From assembly GCA_045634385.1 (NCBI GenBank), contig JAZRAE010000093.1, forward strand, positions 5,086-69,085: a DNA stretch of 64,000 nucleotides, read 5' to 3'. The DNA comes from Eubacteriales bacterium (GTDB lineage Bacteria > Bacillota > Clostridia > Oscillospirales > CAG-272). Positions 16,504 to 26,037 of the stretch are shown here, piece after piece. The position numbers and the translations under genes are program-made. The notes under the pieces were generated by a model, which searched no databases, had not been told where the DNA came from, and saw only the letters and a program-made list of their open reading frames with translations. Position 1 is the first letter of the stretch. Every line of letters begins with the position of its first letter.

Positions 16504-19287
16504 TTACAATTCTTCACCGCAAACGCACACCTCGGACAAGCCAAAGAGCTTTCTGATAAAGTTGATTATAGCTGTCAGAATTCTCTGTAGTCCCGATTCA
16601 ACCTCACACTTGCTGTGATCCTTCTCGTTTTCTTCGGGCGTTTTGTCCGTGTCAGGAGTATTGTCTTCGCCGGGAGTGTTGTCTTCTCCGGAATCAACCG
16701 CAGGTAGTTTTTCACCCTCGGTCATATCGCATCTCTCGCAAGTCTTGGGATTCTCATATGTTGCATCCAACCAATAATGTCCGAGTGCGCTCAGGGTATC
16801 ACCCGTGTAGCTGTCACCACAGCGTGTGCACGTGTAGGTGGTAAATCCGTCTTTGGTACAAGTGGGGTATGTAAGAACTGAGGTGTATCTGTGCTTACAA
16901 CCTTCCTCTGAGGGCAATTTTTCCCCCTCTGTTAAGCCGCATCTCTCACAAGTCTTAGGAGACTCATAGGTTGCCTCTGCCCAATCATGTCCGTATGAAG
17001 AAAGGATTGTCTGTGCAATGATTACCTCGCCGCAATCCGAGCAATACTTGCCCTCCGTAAGACCGGTTGTGGTACAGGTGGGAGCAACAGCCTTATCGAC
17101 GGTAGTATTTGTGTGCTGACACAGAGTTTCCTCTGTCGCTTCAACGTATACGGTTATATCATATGCACGGCACTGAGCTGACAGCTTTGTAAAGGTAAGT
17201 GAATCAACGGGTTTATCAAAAACAATGGTAATTACATTGCCGTTGTTCGTCGCTGTCGCACCCGTAGGTACGTTCATCCATCCGCTGATATGTTTTGATT
17301 CAAGTCCAACACAATTGATCTCGATCTTAGTCATACCGGGGTAAGCAATGGTAACGTCTGATCCGGCATAGAATCTCGCGGGGTTAGAATAATCAGCTAC
17401 ATCTACATTAGAGCTTGCCTTTTTATTGGTCACGGTAATGCCGTTTTGTGCCCAAACCTGTAGGGATGTGCTAAATTCCGTGCGGTTTTTCTTATCAGCA
17501 AAGCTTATAGTCGCCTTTGTATCAGCAACCTTTGCAGCGCCGCAAGAGGTACATACGTTGTTCACGTAATTGTGTCCGCTTGCCGCAACCTTACCGCCTA
17601 CGTAACTGTATGAACAAAGCGTACAAGTATAGGTGGTAAATCCTTCCTTTGTACAAGTAGGTTTAGTTACAACCGAGCTGTAGCTGTGCTGACAAGTAGT
17701 GGGAGTATCGCCGCCGGGATTGTCAGAGCCACCTGGGTTATCACTGCCCGAATTGTCACCATCCTCACTAAAGGTGTAAAGACGGGCAACATAATCGGTG
17801 TCCTTATACTTCGAATTAAGAAGAGTACCGAAGTTCACATATGAGCCGTAGTTACCTATATAGCAAACTTCACTTCCGACAGTAGTCTTAAAGGTGTATT
17901 TAGCAGAATCCCAAGTATACACGGATGTAGCACTCGAACTATAAGTGAAATTGTAATGAGTTCCGCTCTGTACAAGGTTTATATACTGTTTTTGTCCACT
18001 ACTATTTACAAAATACAGGCGGTATCCATTGGTAGCACTTTCAACATATACATCAACGCCATTACTGTATGCTGTATCTGAAGCACCGTAATACTGATTT
18101 TGTGTGCTCATCGTACCGCTGAAGTAATACTCCGCGCCCTTGGCTGTAGAGTAGAAGCCGAGCTTGTACGCCACGCCTGTTTCGAACTGTGTAACGTACG
18201 TGGGCTTCTGAGGTTCTTCCGGCTCAGTAATGCCGCAACGGGTACAAGTGCCATCAACGTAGCTATGGCCCTTTTCGGAAGTAACGTTAGTCTTATAACT
18301 GTAGCCGCATCCTGCGGTCTGACAAATGTAGACAGTGTAGCCCTTTTCTGTACAGGTAGCCGCTATTACTGTACCCGCACCAAAATTATTGTGACCGCAA
18401 TCGCCGTCACCCTCGCCCGAGGGGGTGATCATATCTTCGGGAATTTCCTCACCGAAGAGAATAAAAGCAAGCTCGGGATAGTCTACAAACACGTTACGTG
18501 TGCCTGTAATGGATTCAACAGAGTCATTTCTGCCAAGCTCCCAAGTGTCAACGGGATCTGCTTCCATCCACTCGAGCAAGACCTCAACACTCTCCATTAC
18601 ACCGCTTGAGCCCCATGCGTAGTTCTTATTGCCCCAACGTACGTAAACGTAGAGGAAAATACGTGCCACGTCACCACGAAGGTCGTATTGACCGCCCGAC
18701 TCCTTGTTGGGATTGTAGTATCCGGAGCTCTTGCCGTAAGCGGTATTGCCACGGGATGAATTCTCACTGACAGAGGTAGGACGAAGCATCATTATATCAT
18801 CTTCATCACTACCGCCGAGGCCCTTACTGTTAGGCCAAGTATGCTCACGGTTCCAGCCGCCGTCCCAGGAAGGACCAATCTGCTTGCCGGAATAGAAAGA
18901 AGATATCTTTCCGCCGCTGTTCTGACAGTCGGTGTATCTGAAAAGTTCTTTTGTTGCGTTATAGCTGGTTGTATATGACTGTGCATCAGTCATCAATTCC
19001 TTCAGCTCACGATACAACTCACTGCTCGGAGCATCGGATTTACCCGTACCTCCTTGATATGATGAAAGTATATCGTACGAAGTGTTGTTATCTTCATAGA
19101 ATGATTCCGCATTCGGAGATAAAAACGTTGCGACCTCACCGCGCGTACCCCAGTTGTATATGTATTTCCCATCGTACACATACGAAACCTCGGCAGCACT
19201 TACTCTAAGGCCGATTGCAGAGGTCAAGGATATGACCGTAACAAATACCAAGAGCAACGCTAAACTGCGTTTCATAAATTTACTCAT
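16504..19287 (-). CDS. secreted endonuclease I-family nuclease with beta-rich domains and four Cys-rich modules
   Basis: 927 aa. Signal peptide ...LTSAIGLRVSA/AE. WNREHTWPNSKG...DDIMMLRPTSVSENSSRGN matches the Endonuclease_1 (EndA/NucM) motif. CTxxGxTTYTCxxC...GHxY...CxxCG occurs four times. Confidence 0.75.
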   Translation of the reverse strand: MSKFMKRSLALLLVFVTVISLTSAIGLRVSAAEVSYVYDGKYIYNWGTRGEVATFLSPNAESFYEDNNTSYDILSSYQGGTGKSDAPSSELYRELKELMTDAQSYTTSYNATKELFRYTDCQNSGGKISSFYSGKQIGPSWDGGWNREHTWPNSKGLGGSDEDDIMMLRPTSVSENSSRGNTAYGKSSGYYNPNKESGGQYDLRGDVARIFLYVYVRWGNKNYAWGSSGVMESVEVLLEWMEADPVDTWELGRNDSVESITGTRNVFVDYPELAFILFGEEIPEDMITPSGEGDGDCGHNNFGAGTVIAATCTEKGYTVYICQTAGCGYSYKTNVTSEKGHSYVDGTCTRCGITEPEEPQKPTYVTQFETGVAYKLGFYSTAKGAEYYFSGTMSTQNQYYGASDTAYSNGVDVYVESATNGYRLYFVNSSGQKQYINLVQSGTHYNFTYSSSATSVYTWDSAKYTFKTTVGSEVCYIGNYGSYVNFGTLLNSKYKDTDYVARLYTFSEDGDNSGSDNPGGSDNPGGDTPTTCQHSYSSVVTKPTCTKEGFTTYTCTLCSYSYVGGKVAASGHNYVNNVCTSCGAAKVADTKATISFADKKNRTEFSTSLQVWAQNGITVTNKKASSNVDVADYSNPARFYAGSDVTIAYPGMTKIEINCVGLESKHISGWMNVPTGATATNNGNVITIVFDKPVDSLTFTKLSAQCRAYDITVYVEATEETLCQHTNTTVDKAVAPTCTTTGLTEGKYCSDCGEVIIAQTILSSYGHDWAEATYESPKTCERCGLTEGEKLPSEEGCKHRYTSVLTYPTCTKDGFTTYTCTRCGDSYTGDTLSALGHYWLDATYENPKTCERCDMTEGEKLPAVDSGEDNTPGEDNTPDTDKTPEENEKDHSKCEVESGLQRILTAIINFIRKLFGLSEVCVCGEEL

Positions 19288-19520
19288 AAGATATGCTCCT
19301 TATAAAATTATTGATCTTCATATAGTTTACCTTATTTTAAAAAGAAAAGCAATAGATTTTGCAAAATATATGTAAAACAAGTGTGGTTTGCGCTCGCCAA
19401 GGTAAATTATCTGCTTGTGCGTTATTTTTAGCAAAGACTTTTTCATTAAACCAATTTATTCGTATAAGCTCCCATTATTTCACATATACTTTTCTTGAAT
19501 ATGTCTTTAGGTAGGTAAAT

Positions 19521-20045
19521 ATGAAAAGAACGGTTTGGCTTTGGCAACTTTTTGGATTTGCGGTGACTGTGCTTATGGGCACATTGTTACACTTTTTATA
19601 TGATTGGACAAACGAAAGTGTTTTGATCGCTCCTTTCTCGGGCATTAACGAGTCAACGTGGGAGCATATGAAACTACTCTTTTGGCCAATGTTTATCTTC
19701 GCTGTAATCGAGAGTTTTTTCTTTATTGATTACAAAAGCTTTTGGTGTATAAAGCTAAAAGGCATACTCTTAGGGCTCATCTTGATACCCGTTATTTTTT
19801 ACACGTATAACGGGGTAATTGAAAAATCGCCAGACTGGGTTAACATTTCTATCTTCTTTATAGCCGCCGCTATCACCTACTTTTACGAAACGAAAATGCT
19901 GAACGGTAAGAGCAAAACTTACAACCGCCCCGCCCTATCATTCGCTATTATACTAATCATTGCCGCACTCTTTATTTTGTTCACATTCTTCCCTCCCATA
20001 CTAAACGTTTTCAAAGATCCCCTGACGGGCACATATGGGATATAA
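19521..20045 (+). CDS. small polytopic membrane protein (DUF6512-like)
   Basis: 174 aa. LLHFLYDW...NESTWEHMKLLFWP pattern with 5 hydrophobic segments. Confidence 0.55.
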   Translation: MKRTVWLWQLFGFAVTVLMGTLLHFLYDWTNESVLIAPFSGINESTWEHMKLLFWPMFIFAVIESFFFIDYKSFWCIKLKGILLGLILIPVIFYTYNGVIEKSPDWVNISIFFIAAAITYFYETKMLNGKSKTYNRPALSFAIILIIAALFILFTFFPPILNVFKDPLTGTYGI

Positions 20046-20092
20046 AAACAGCCAACGAGCTCTCTTCTGATTGCTCATCGGCTGTTTTTATT
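20045..20092. terminator. bidirectional terminator
   Basis: AAAAACAGCCAACGAGC-(12 nt)-GCTCATCGGCTGTTTTT. 13-bp stem with 2 mismatches between convergent genes. Confidence 0.65.
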
Positions 20093-20210
20093 TTATTATC
20101 GCTTAGGATTAAGCTGATATGCCTTTACAATTTCGCTGAATTTTTACTGTCAAAAACTAATCAATCGCATTTTTGTGCATAGACAGTATAAAACACTGTT
20201 TATCATCCAA

Positions 20211-21305
20211 TTACATTTTTGCAAGCTTTTGGAGTTTTTTACGAATTTCAATATTTTGAGGACAAATACTCTCGCACTGTCCGCATTCAATGCAATCGCT
20301 CGCTTTAACTTCAAATTCATTAAGACGAAGTCCGGTTTCTCTTCTTGACACCTTTGCCAAAACATATTCATTATAGACCTCAAACAAATCTGCGATGGGC
20401 ACATTCTTCGGACAAACCTCGGCACAATATCTACACTTGGTGCAAGGAATCTGATTGTACTTGCGAATGATCTCTCTCACCTTATCGGTAGCACCAAGTT
20501 CCCTCTCGTTAAGAGGTACGAAGGGATACATAGTTTTGATATTTGACTCCATCATCTCCATATTCCCCATTCCCGAGAGTACCATAAACACCTCGGGGTA
20601 GCTCGCCGCATATCTCAAAGCGTATGAAACGGGCGGTGCATCGCCAAGCTTTTCAAACTCCGAAATCGCGAGCGGCGGGAGATTTACCAAAGCTCCGCCC
20701 TTGACGGGCTCCATAACAATAACCTTCTTACCGTGCTTTACTGCAACGTCATAACACTTTTTACTCTCTATGCCCGGTGCATCGTAATCAAGGTAGTTTA
20801 TCTGCAATTGAACTGCCTCTATCTCGGGTTGCTCCGATAGGATCAAGTCAAGAATATCCGACGTATCATGGAATGACATTGCAATGTGCTTTATCTTCCC
20901 TTCGCTCTTGAGCTCCTTTACAATCTCGAAGCTATGGCACTCCTTGTGCTTATTGTACGAGTTGCGATTAAGAGCGTGAAACAGATAGAAATCGAAGTAT
21001 TCAACTCCGCATATCTTAAGCTGTTCTTCAAATAAAGGACGTATCTCCGCCTCGGTCTTAAAGAACCATTCAGACAACTTATTTGCGAGCACGTACTCTT
21101 CTCTTTTGTAACGCGAGGTCAGGCAATCCTTTATAGCTTTTTCACTTTTACCCTCTATGTAACCGTGAGCCGTATCGAAATAATTAAATCCCGCTCCAAT
21201 GAAAGCATCTATCATTCTGTTGAATTCAGCCTTGTCTACCTCACCGTCTACCATCGGCAGGCGCATACAGCCAAAGCCAAAATTTCGTTTTACGTTTTCG
21301 AACAT
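20211..21305 (-). CDS. aldo/keto reductase with C-terminal 2x[4Fe-4S] ferredoxin-type motifs
   Basis: 364 aa. AKR N-terminus FGFGCMRLP...YFDTAHGY. C-terminal CTKCRYCAEVCP and CIECGQCESICP. Confidence 0.8.
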   Translation of the reverse strand: MFENVKRNFGFGCMRLPMVDGEVDKAEFNRMIDAFIGAGFNYFDTAHGYIEGKSEKAIKDCLTSRYKREEYVLANKLSEWFFKTEAEIRPLFEEQLKICGVEYFDFYLFHALNRNSYNKHKECHSFEIVKELKSEGKIKHIAMSFHDTSDILDLILSEQPEIEAVQLQINYLDYDAPGIESKKCYDVAVKHGKKVIVMEPVKGGALVNLPPLAISEFEKLGDAPPVSYALRYAASYPEVFMVLSGMGNMEMMESNIKTMYPFVPLNERELGATDKVREIIRKYNQIPCTKCRYCAEVCPKNVPIADLFEVYNEYVLAKVSRRETGLRLNEFEVKASDCIECGQCESICPQNIEIRKKLQKLAKM

Positions 21306-21333
21306 TAATTTTCTCCGTTTTTTATTTCAAAGC

Positions 21334-23061
21334 TTATTTAAGCTCAAGCACAAACTCTTTTTGTGACGGACCTTCAACAAACGGGTTGAATACCGAAACG
21401 GTATCGCCATCGGAGTTAACATACCAACATTTCTGTGTGTTGCTATTAAAATCGACCTGTACGGCAAAGCCAACGTGATCCTTGCGGTTCAAAGAGCCAA
21501 TATCGTCCGTTTGCGTTGTACCGCGTCTACCTGCAATGAATCCGTTAAATTCAAAATCGGTAAGGTATCCGCCATACGTCTTTCCTTCCTCTCCCTTGAA
21601 CTGACTGTTGTACACCAATTTTCCCTTTGAGTTATACATCGTTTCCTGTCCGTCAAGGAAGGGATATAAGTCGTGCTGATGTCCATATACCGCAAGATCG
21701 GGCTCGATTTGGTTGAGAAGCTCCGTCCATTTTTCCTTTACATCAACGTGATCCTTGCGGCTGTTCACAAATTGAATTGGAATGTGGCAAGCGAATAAAG
21801 TGTAGTTGTAATTTTCATACGGCTTTGTAGCCAGAAGATCCTCTAAGAATTTTGTCTGTTCGTCGTGATAAATAGTGAACTGATCGGTTTCGTAGTATTC
21901 CCACCAACCGGGATCGTGGTCTTCTCCAAGATCAAGCGTGATGCCAAACACATCCGACAGAGTGAACCAATAGTAGAAGCTATCGCCTTTGCTTCCGACG
22001 TACTTGTATAAATCTTCGGCATAAGCACCCTTTATCTCGTGATTGCCTCTTGCGTACACTACGGGAATTTCGCCCTTAGTCACATCATAGGCAAGAATGT
22101 TGGAGAACTGAACGTCCTTTTCATATTCTACCATGCCGACCGAGTCGCCGAGTATTACAAGAAAATCGAGATTTTCCACCGATAACGCAGCACGGGTAGC
22201 ACCCTTTCTTGCATGATGAGCATCCGTGATGGTGTAATAAACGAGTCCGTCACTTGAGTTTACGGGGCGGAAGCTGTAGCTCTTGCTGATCTCTTTTCCC
22301 TTAAATCCGCCAAACGGACCGCGGTAAATCATCTTCTGTGAATGGATTGAATACCCCTTTGCTGTATCGAGCTTTTCCTGTGGTACAACGATTTTGTGAA
22401 CGGTGTCCTCGGATTTCATACTACCCGCAAACAAGTCATAGTACTTCTCTCCCCCGACCTCTACCCAAGCGATTGCAGAGTCGTTTGTGCTGAACACGAT
22501 CTGATACTCATCCTCAACCGCATACACAACCGGACCATAGGTGAATCGGCTGCCAAGCGTCACACCGTAACCACAGAATACACTTATTAGAATGACGATT
22601 GCAACCAAAGAGCACTTTATAGCTATGCCGTACTTGCTGTTCTTGATAGGATTGAAGAAAACAAGACCGGCAAAAAGAATAATACACAAGCTGATAAGCA
22701 AGGATAAAAAGAACTTTGGTAAAATGAAGTATAAATAATCAATAGCACCCATAATTACTACGACCAAAGATGCTACCGTAAACACGCCGAGTAAGGCTGT
22801 CAATGTTATTTTCGGCCATTTCTTATGATTTAACCAAACGGTATTTGCTACCGCAAACGCAAGCACTATCCAGAGGAAAATGCTTATGTAAAGCGGTAAA
22901 TTAAGAACGAAAGCACTCGGCTCCTTAGCTCCAAAGGCTTCGGCTATTACCTTGGAAATTCCGCTCCAGATAACACGCATTGCAAACCAGAATAACGCGA
23001 CAACAAGCGCCCAAGCTGAAGAAAGGCTGCTCCATAATCTTTTGCTAAAATATTCTTTCAT
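21334..23061 (-). CDS. membrane-anchored metallophosphoesterase
   Basis: 575 aa. N-terminal ~6 TM region, then calcineurin-like motifs ILGDSVG, ARGNHE, ACHIP, VYGHQHD. Confidence 0.7.
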   Translation of the reverse strand: MKEYFSKRLWSSLSSAWALVVALFWFAMRVIWSGISKVIAEAFGAKEPSAFVLNLPLYISIFLWIVLAFAVANTVWLNHKKWPKITLTALLGVFTVASLVVVIMGAIDYLYFILPKFFLSLLISLCIILFAGLVFFNPIKNSKYGIAIKCSLVAIVILISVFCGYGVTLGSRFTYGPVVYAVEDEYQIVFSTNDSAIAWVEVGGEKYYDLFAGSMKSEDTVHKIVVPQEKLDTAKGYSIHSQKMIYRGPFGGFKGKEISKSYSFRPVNSSDGLVYYTITDAHHARKGATRAALSVENLDFLVILGDSVGMVEYEKDVQFSNILAYDVTKGEIPVVYARGNHEIKGAYAEDLYKYVGSKGDSFYYWFTLSDVFGITLDLGEDHDPGWWEYYETDQFTIYHDEQTKFLEDLLATKPYENYNYTLFACHIPIQFVNSRKDHVDVKEKWTELLNQIEPDLAVYGHQHDLYPFLDGQETMYNSKGKLVYNSQFKGEEGKTYGGYLTDFEFNGFIAGRRGTTQTDDIGSLNRKDHVGFAVQVDFNSNTQKCWYVNSDGDTVSVFNPFVEGPSQKEFVLELK

Positions 23062-23104
23062 TACTATATCTCCTTTTTATGTAACAATCAATTCATTATA
23101 GGTT

Positions 23105-23698
23105 CTATGTACACTTAATAATCTCGTCTATATTTTCAAGTATAAACAACTGAGCGCTTTGCGAGAGCTTTAACTGTGCCTTTACTTCACCGCTCTTTTT
23201 ATCAACGAATTCTTCCTCAACAATTCCGATTTTCGTTGCCAATTCCGAGGGTGTATATACCGTTTTATTTATCACGGTCTGCACCTTGGAGGTTGTAACG
23301 AGCCCTTTGTCAGCAAGCCACTTGTTTATTCTCGTAGAGGTCAGCTTTTCGGTAGTATCCGTATCAATCACAGAATTTATATTCTTCATAAACGATAACA
23401 CGGTTATAGGTTCTTTAGATAACTTTATACTGTTGCATTGCTCTTTCGTAATCGAAAAATCTGCCTTTTTCGATACTCCGAGCTGTAATTTTTCATTCTC
23501 TTTTTCCAATAGCTCAACCCTTTCGGAAAGCTCAACGTACTCATCGAGTATATCAGATATAAACGAAAAACACCGTCTTACCTTTTCATCCGCAAAGGCA
23601 GAGTCACCCGGAATAACAGCCCCCGACACGGGATGAACACCGTCACAAAGCAACTTCAGGTACATTTTAGCACGCTCTATAAGTTCTACTTTTTCCAT
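23105..23698 (-). CDS. hypothetical protein
   Basis: 197-aa ORF with protein-like composition, 43 nt upstream of the next gene. No motif recognised. Confidence 0.4.
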   Translation of the reverse strand: MEKVELIERAKMYLKLLCDGVHPVSGAVIPGDSAFADEKVRRCFSFISDILDEYVELSERVELLEKENEKLQLGVSKKADFSITKEQCNSIKLSKEPITVLSFMKNINSVIDTDTTEKLTSTRINKWLADKGLVTTSKVQTVINKTVYTPSELATKIGIVEEEFVDKKSGEVKAQLKLSQSAQLFILENIDEIIKCT

Positions 23699-23762
23699 AA
23701 CACCTTACTATAGTCACGCCTGCTTACAACAGACTCTTATTGTTCCTTTCGTAATAAGTAAA

Positions 23763-24272
23763 TTACTGCTCTTTACAAATACTTTCCTTGCGTTTTAAAA
23801 AGGCGTCCGCAGTTTTCCTGCTCTTAAAAATCACAACCGTTTTACCGTCCTTGTATTTATCAAGCAATGCATATATATCGGGTAGATTTTTATTTGGAAA
23901 GTTGCGTATTTGTTCTTCAAACTCGGGATCAAACTCTGTCTCAATCCAAGGTAGATCGTGACGCATTTTTCCAACGCGTGACATTGCCCCTTCAATACAA
24001 ACCTCTGTTGGCAAATCAAAAAGAAACACCGTGTCGCACGCAGATATTCTGCCCTCTAATGTGCGACTGTAATTTCCATCTATGATCCAGGAGTCAAGAA
24101 GAAGTATTTCCCTAAGACGCGCATCATATTCTTCTCTTGATATATGTGTTTTGTCAGGCTTGTGCCATATCGCATCAAGATGAAATAAGGGGAGTTGCAT
24201 TTTTTCACTCAGCCTCAGCGCAAAGGTGGTTTTTCCACTTCCCGGGCAACCTATGACAACAATTCTTTGCAT
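23763..24272 (-). CDS. P-loop NTPase/kinase (adenylate-kinase-like, topology-modulation FlaR-like)
   Basis: 169 aa. Walker A GCPGSGKTT at the N-terminus. Confidence 0.65.
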   Translation of the reverse strand: MQRIVVIGCPGSGKTTFALRLSEKMQLPLFHLDAIWHKPDKTHISREEYDARLREILLLDSWIIDGNYSRTLEGRISACDTVFLFDLPTEVCIEGAMSRVGKMRHDLPWIETEFDPEFEEQIRNFPNKNLPDIYALLDKYKDGKTVVIFKSRKTADAFLKRKESICKEQ

Positions 24273-24284
24273 TTTACGAGAATA

Positions 24285-24677
24285 TCAAAACTCTATAGTT
24301 TCAGGAGCCTTACCGAACGAAGAAAAGGTGGCTGTTACATTCTGCATATAGAACACCTGCGTGTTGCCGTCGTTCTCGTCGTACATATGACGGAGGTTAG
24401 GATAGGCATCAAGCATGGATTTTCTCGCTTCAAAACGATCATCCTCGACAAGCTCACACGCGACACGAATCCACGCGCCGTCCTTGAACGCGCAGATCTC
24501 CGCCTTAGGATTTACCTCAAGCTGCTTTGATGTGGGCTTGACCTTTCCGGTCTGAATGTAGAGCTTGCCCTCAAACTCATTAATCGTGCCGAAGGGACGC
24601 ACTCTCGGCTGATCGCCCTCAACGGTTGCCAGATAATAAACCTCTGCTTTTTTCAGAAAATCAAGTACTCTTTTCAT
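24285..24677 (-). CDS. pyridoxamine 5'-phosphate oxidase-family FMN-binding split-barrel protein
   Basis: 130 aa. MKRVLDFLKKAEVYYLATVEGDQPRVRPFG pattern. Confidence 0.6.
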   Translation of the reverse strand: MKRVLDFLKKAEVYYLATVEGDQPRVRPFGTINEFEGKLYIQTGKVKPTSKQLEVNPKAEICAFKDGAWIRVACELVEDDRFEARKSMLDAYPNLRHMYDENDGNTQVFYMQNVTATFSSFGKAPETIEF

Positions 24678-24741
24678 AACAATTCTCCTGTATGTATAGA
24701 TATTTTATAAAATTAGTTTGAGCAAAACAATCGAATTAAGT

Positions 24742-25188
24742 CTATAAGACTTCCTTTCCCTTCGCTATAAAATAAACTTCTTGCATTACTGCACCGGTTG
24801 CAAGTACACACATTGCAGAAATACTATATGTATGCTCAATAACATTCAGCGTTAGAGGCAAAAGAAACAAAGTAAAGCCTGTTATTTTATTTAACACGCT
24901 ATGTATTGATATTAGTTTTTTCTTGCGAATAAGGACAACCGTAATATTCAATATTTTAGTCAGTGCAATCAGTGCGATCCACGTCCATAGCCATACTGCC
25001 ATGTGTAATATGGAAAGTATCCTTACACAACATATGAACACAAATACAAGGTCAGAGACAGTATCAAGTCTTGCACCGAACTCACTGACCGCACCCGTCT
25101 TTCTTGCCATAGCTCCGTCTATCATATCGGTAAATCCTAAAAACAGATAGAGTGCATAAAACCACGCCGATGACAGAGGAATGAACAA
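24742..25188 (-). CDS. CDP-alcohol phosphatidyltransferase-family protein, unusually short, TTG start
   Basis: 148 aa. Contains DMIDGAMARKTGAVSEFGARLDTVSD, which fits the DG(x2)AR(x8)G(x3)D(x3)D motif. No in-frame ATG or longer start upstream. Confidence 0.65.
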   Translation of the reverse strand: MFIPLSSAWFYALYLFLGFTDMIDGAMARKTGAVSEFGARLDTVSDLVFVFICCVRILSILHMAVWLWTWIALIALTKILNITVVLIRKKKLISIHSVLNKITGFTLFLLPLTLNVIEHTYSISAMCVLATGAVMQEVYFIAKGKEVL

Positions 25189-25251
25189 TAGTGGAAAACA
25201 AATACAATGCGAGAGCCCGTGATGATGTTTGCGATGTGTTTCTTCATATCT

Positions 25252-26037
25252 TTACGGAGTGTAATTCTTTATAATTTCCATAATACCGTGTTCGTACACG
25301 TTTCCACCAAGAACATCGCCATTTGGCTCAAAGGACACGCATTTAACGTTACACGGGTCATCTGTATACGGATTTTCGGGAAGCTCGTTCGTGAAATATT
25401 CGCTTAAATTTCTCAGCGCATTTCCTTCGGGAAAAATCACGTTTCCCTCTCCCACGGGAAGCTCGATATCGGCAAAGCTGTCGAGAATTTCTCTCGTTTT
25501 TCTGTTGTACGGATTGTCATCCGTCACGCTCACGAGCCACGCAGGCGAGAGGCGAATTGGGATGCCGCACTTTTTTGCTTCTGCGGCAAACATTTTCACC
25601 TCATCAAGAGGTATCGTTTCCTGATGGAACGCATCCACCGACAAAAGCAGATCGTTCACACCACATGCGGCAAGTCGCTGTGCTACCTCGCGGATTTCAT
25701 CGTCATTATTTGAAAAATAGCCGTTGGTGATGACCTGTCGCTTGGGAATATTTAGTTCTTTCGCGACCGTCATGATTGCATAGACCGCATCCGTGTACAA
25801 CAGCGGCTCACCGCCAAAGGTCATCACGGTTTTGATATCGTACTCCGCCACAATCTTACGCACCGCATCCGCGGCAGTACTTGGATCGATCCGCTCACCA
25901 CGGGACGTGTGATCTCCCTCGAAACAGTGCTTGCATCTGCCCGTGCAGGCATAGGTCACTACGAATTCTATTTTATTTAGATTTTTAAAATACGGATTCA
26001 TTTTCTTACATTCTATATCGTTTTTTGAATAAATCAC
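25252..26037 (-). CDS. radical SAM protein (small, no SPASM domain seen)
   Basis: YACTGRCKHC CX3CX2C motif and a GGEPLL glycine-rich motif. The GTG start overlaps the upstream stop (GTGA); the ATG at 26001 is an alternative. Confidence 0.75.
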   Translation of the reverse strand: MIYSKNDIECKKMNPYFKNLNKIEFVVTYACTGRCKHCFEGDHTSRGERIDPSTAADAVRKIVAEYDIKTVMTFGGEPLLYTDAVYAIMTVAKELNIPKRQVITNGYFSNNDDEIREVAQRLAACGVNDLLLSVDAFHQETIPLDEVKMFAAEAKKCGIPIRLSPAWLVSVTDDNPYNRKTREILDSFADIELPVGEGNVIFPEGNALRNLSEYFTNELPENPYTDDPCNVKCVSFEPNGDVLGGNVYEHGIMEIIKNYTP

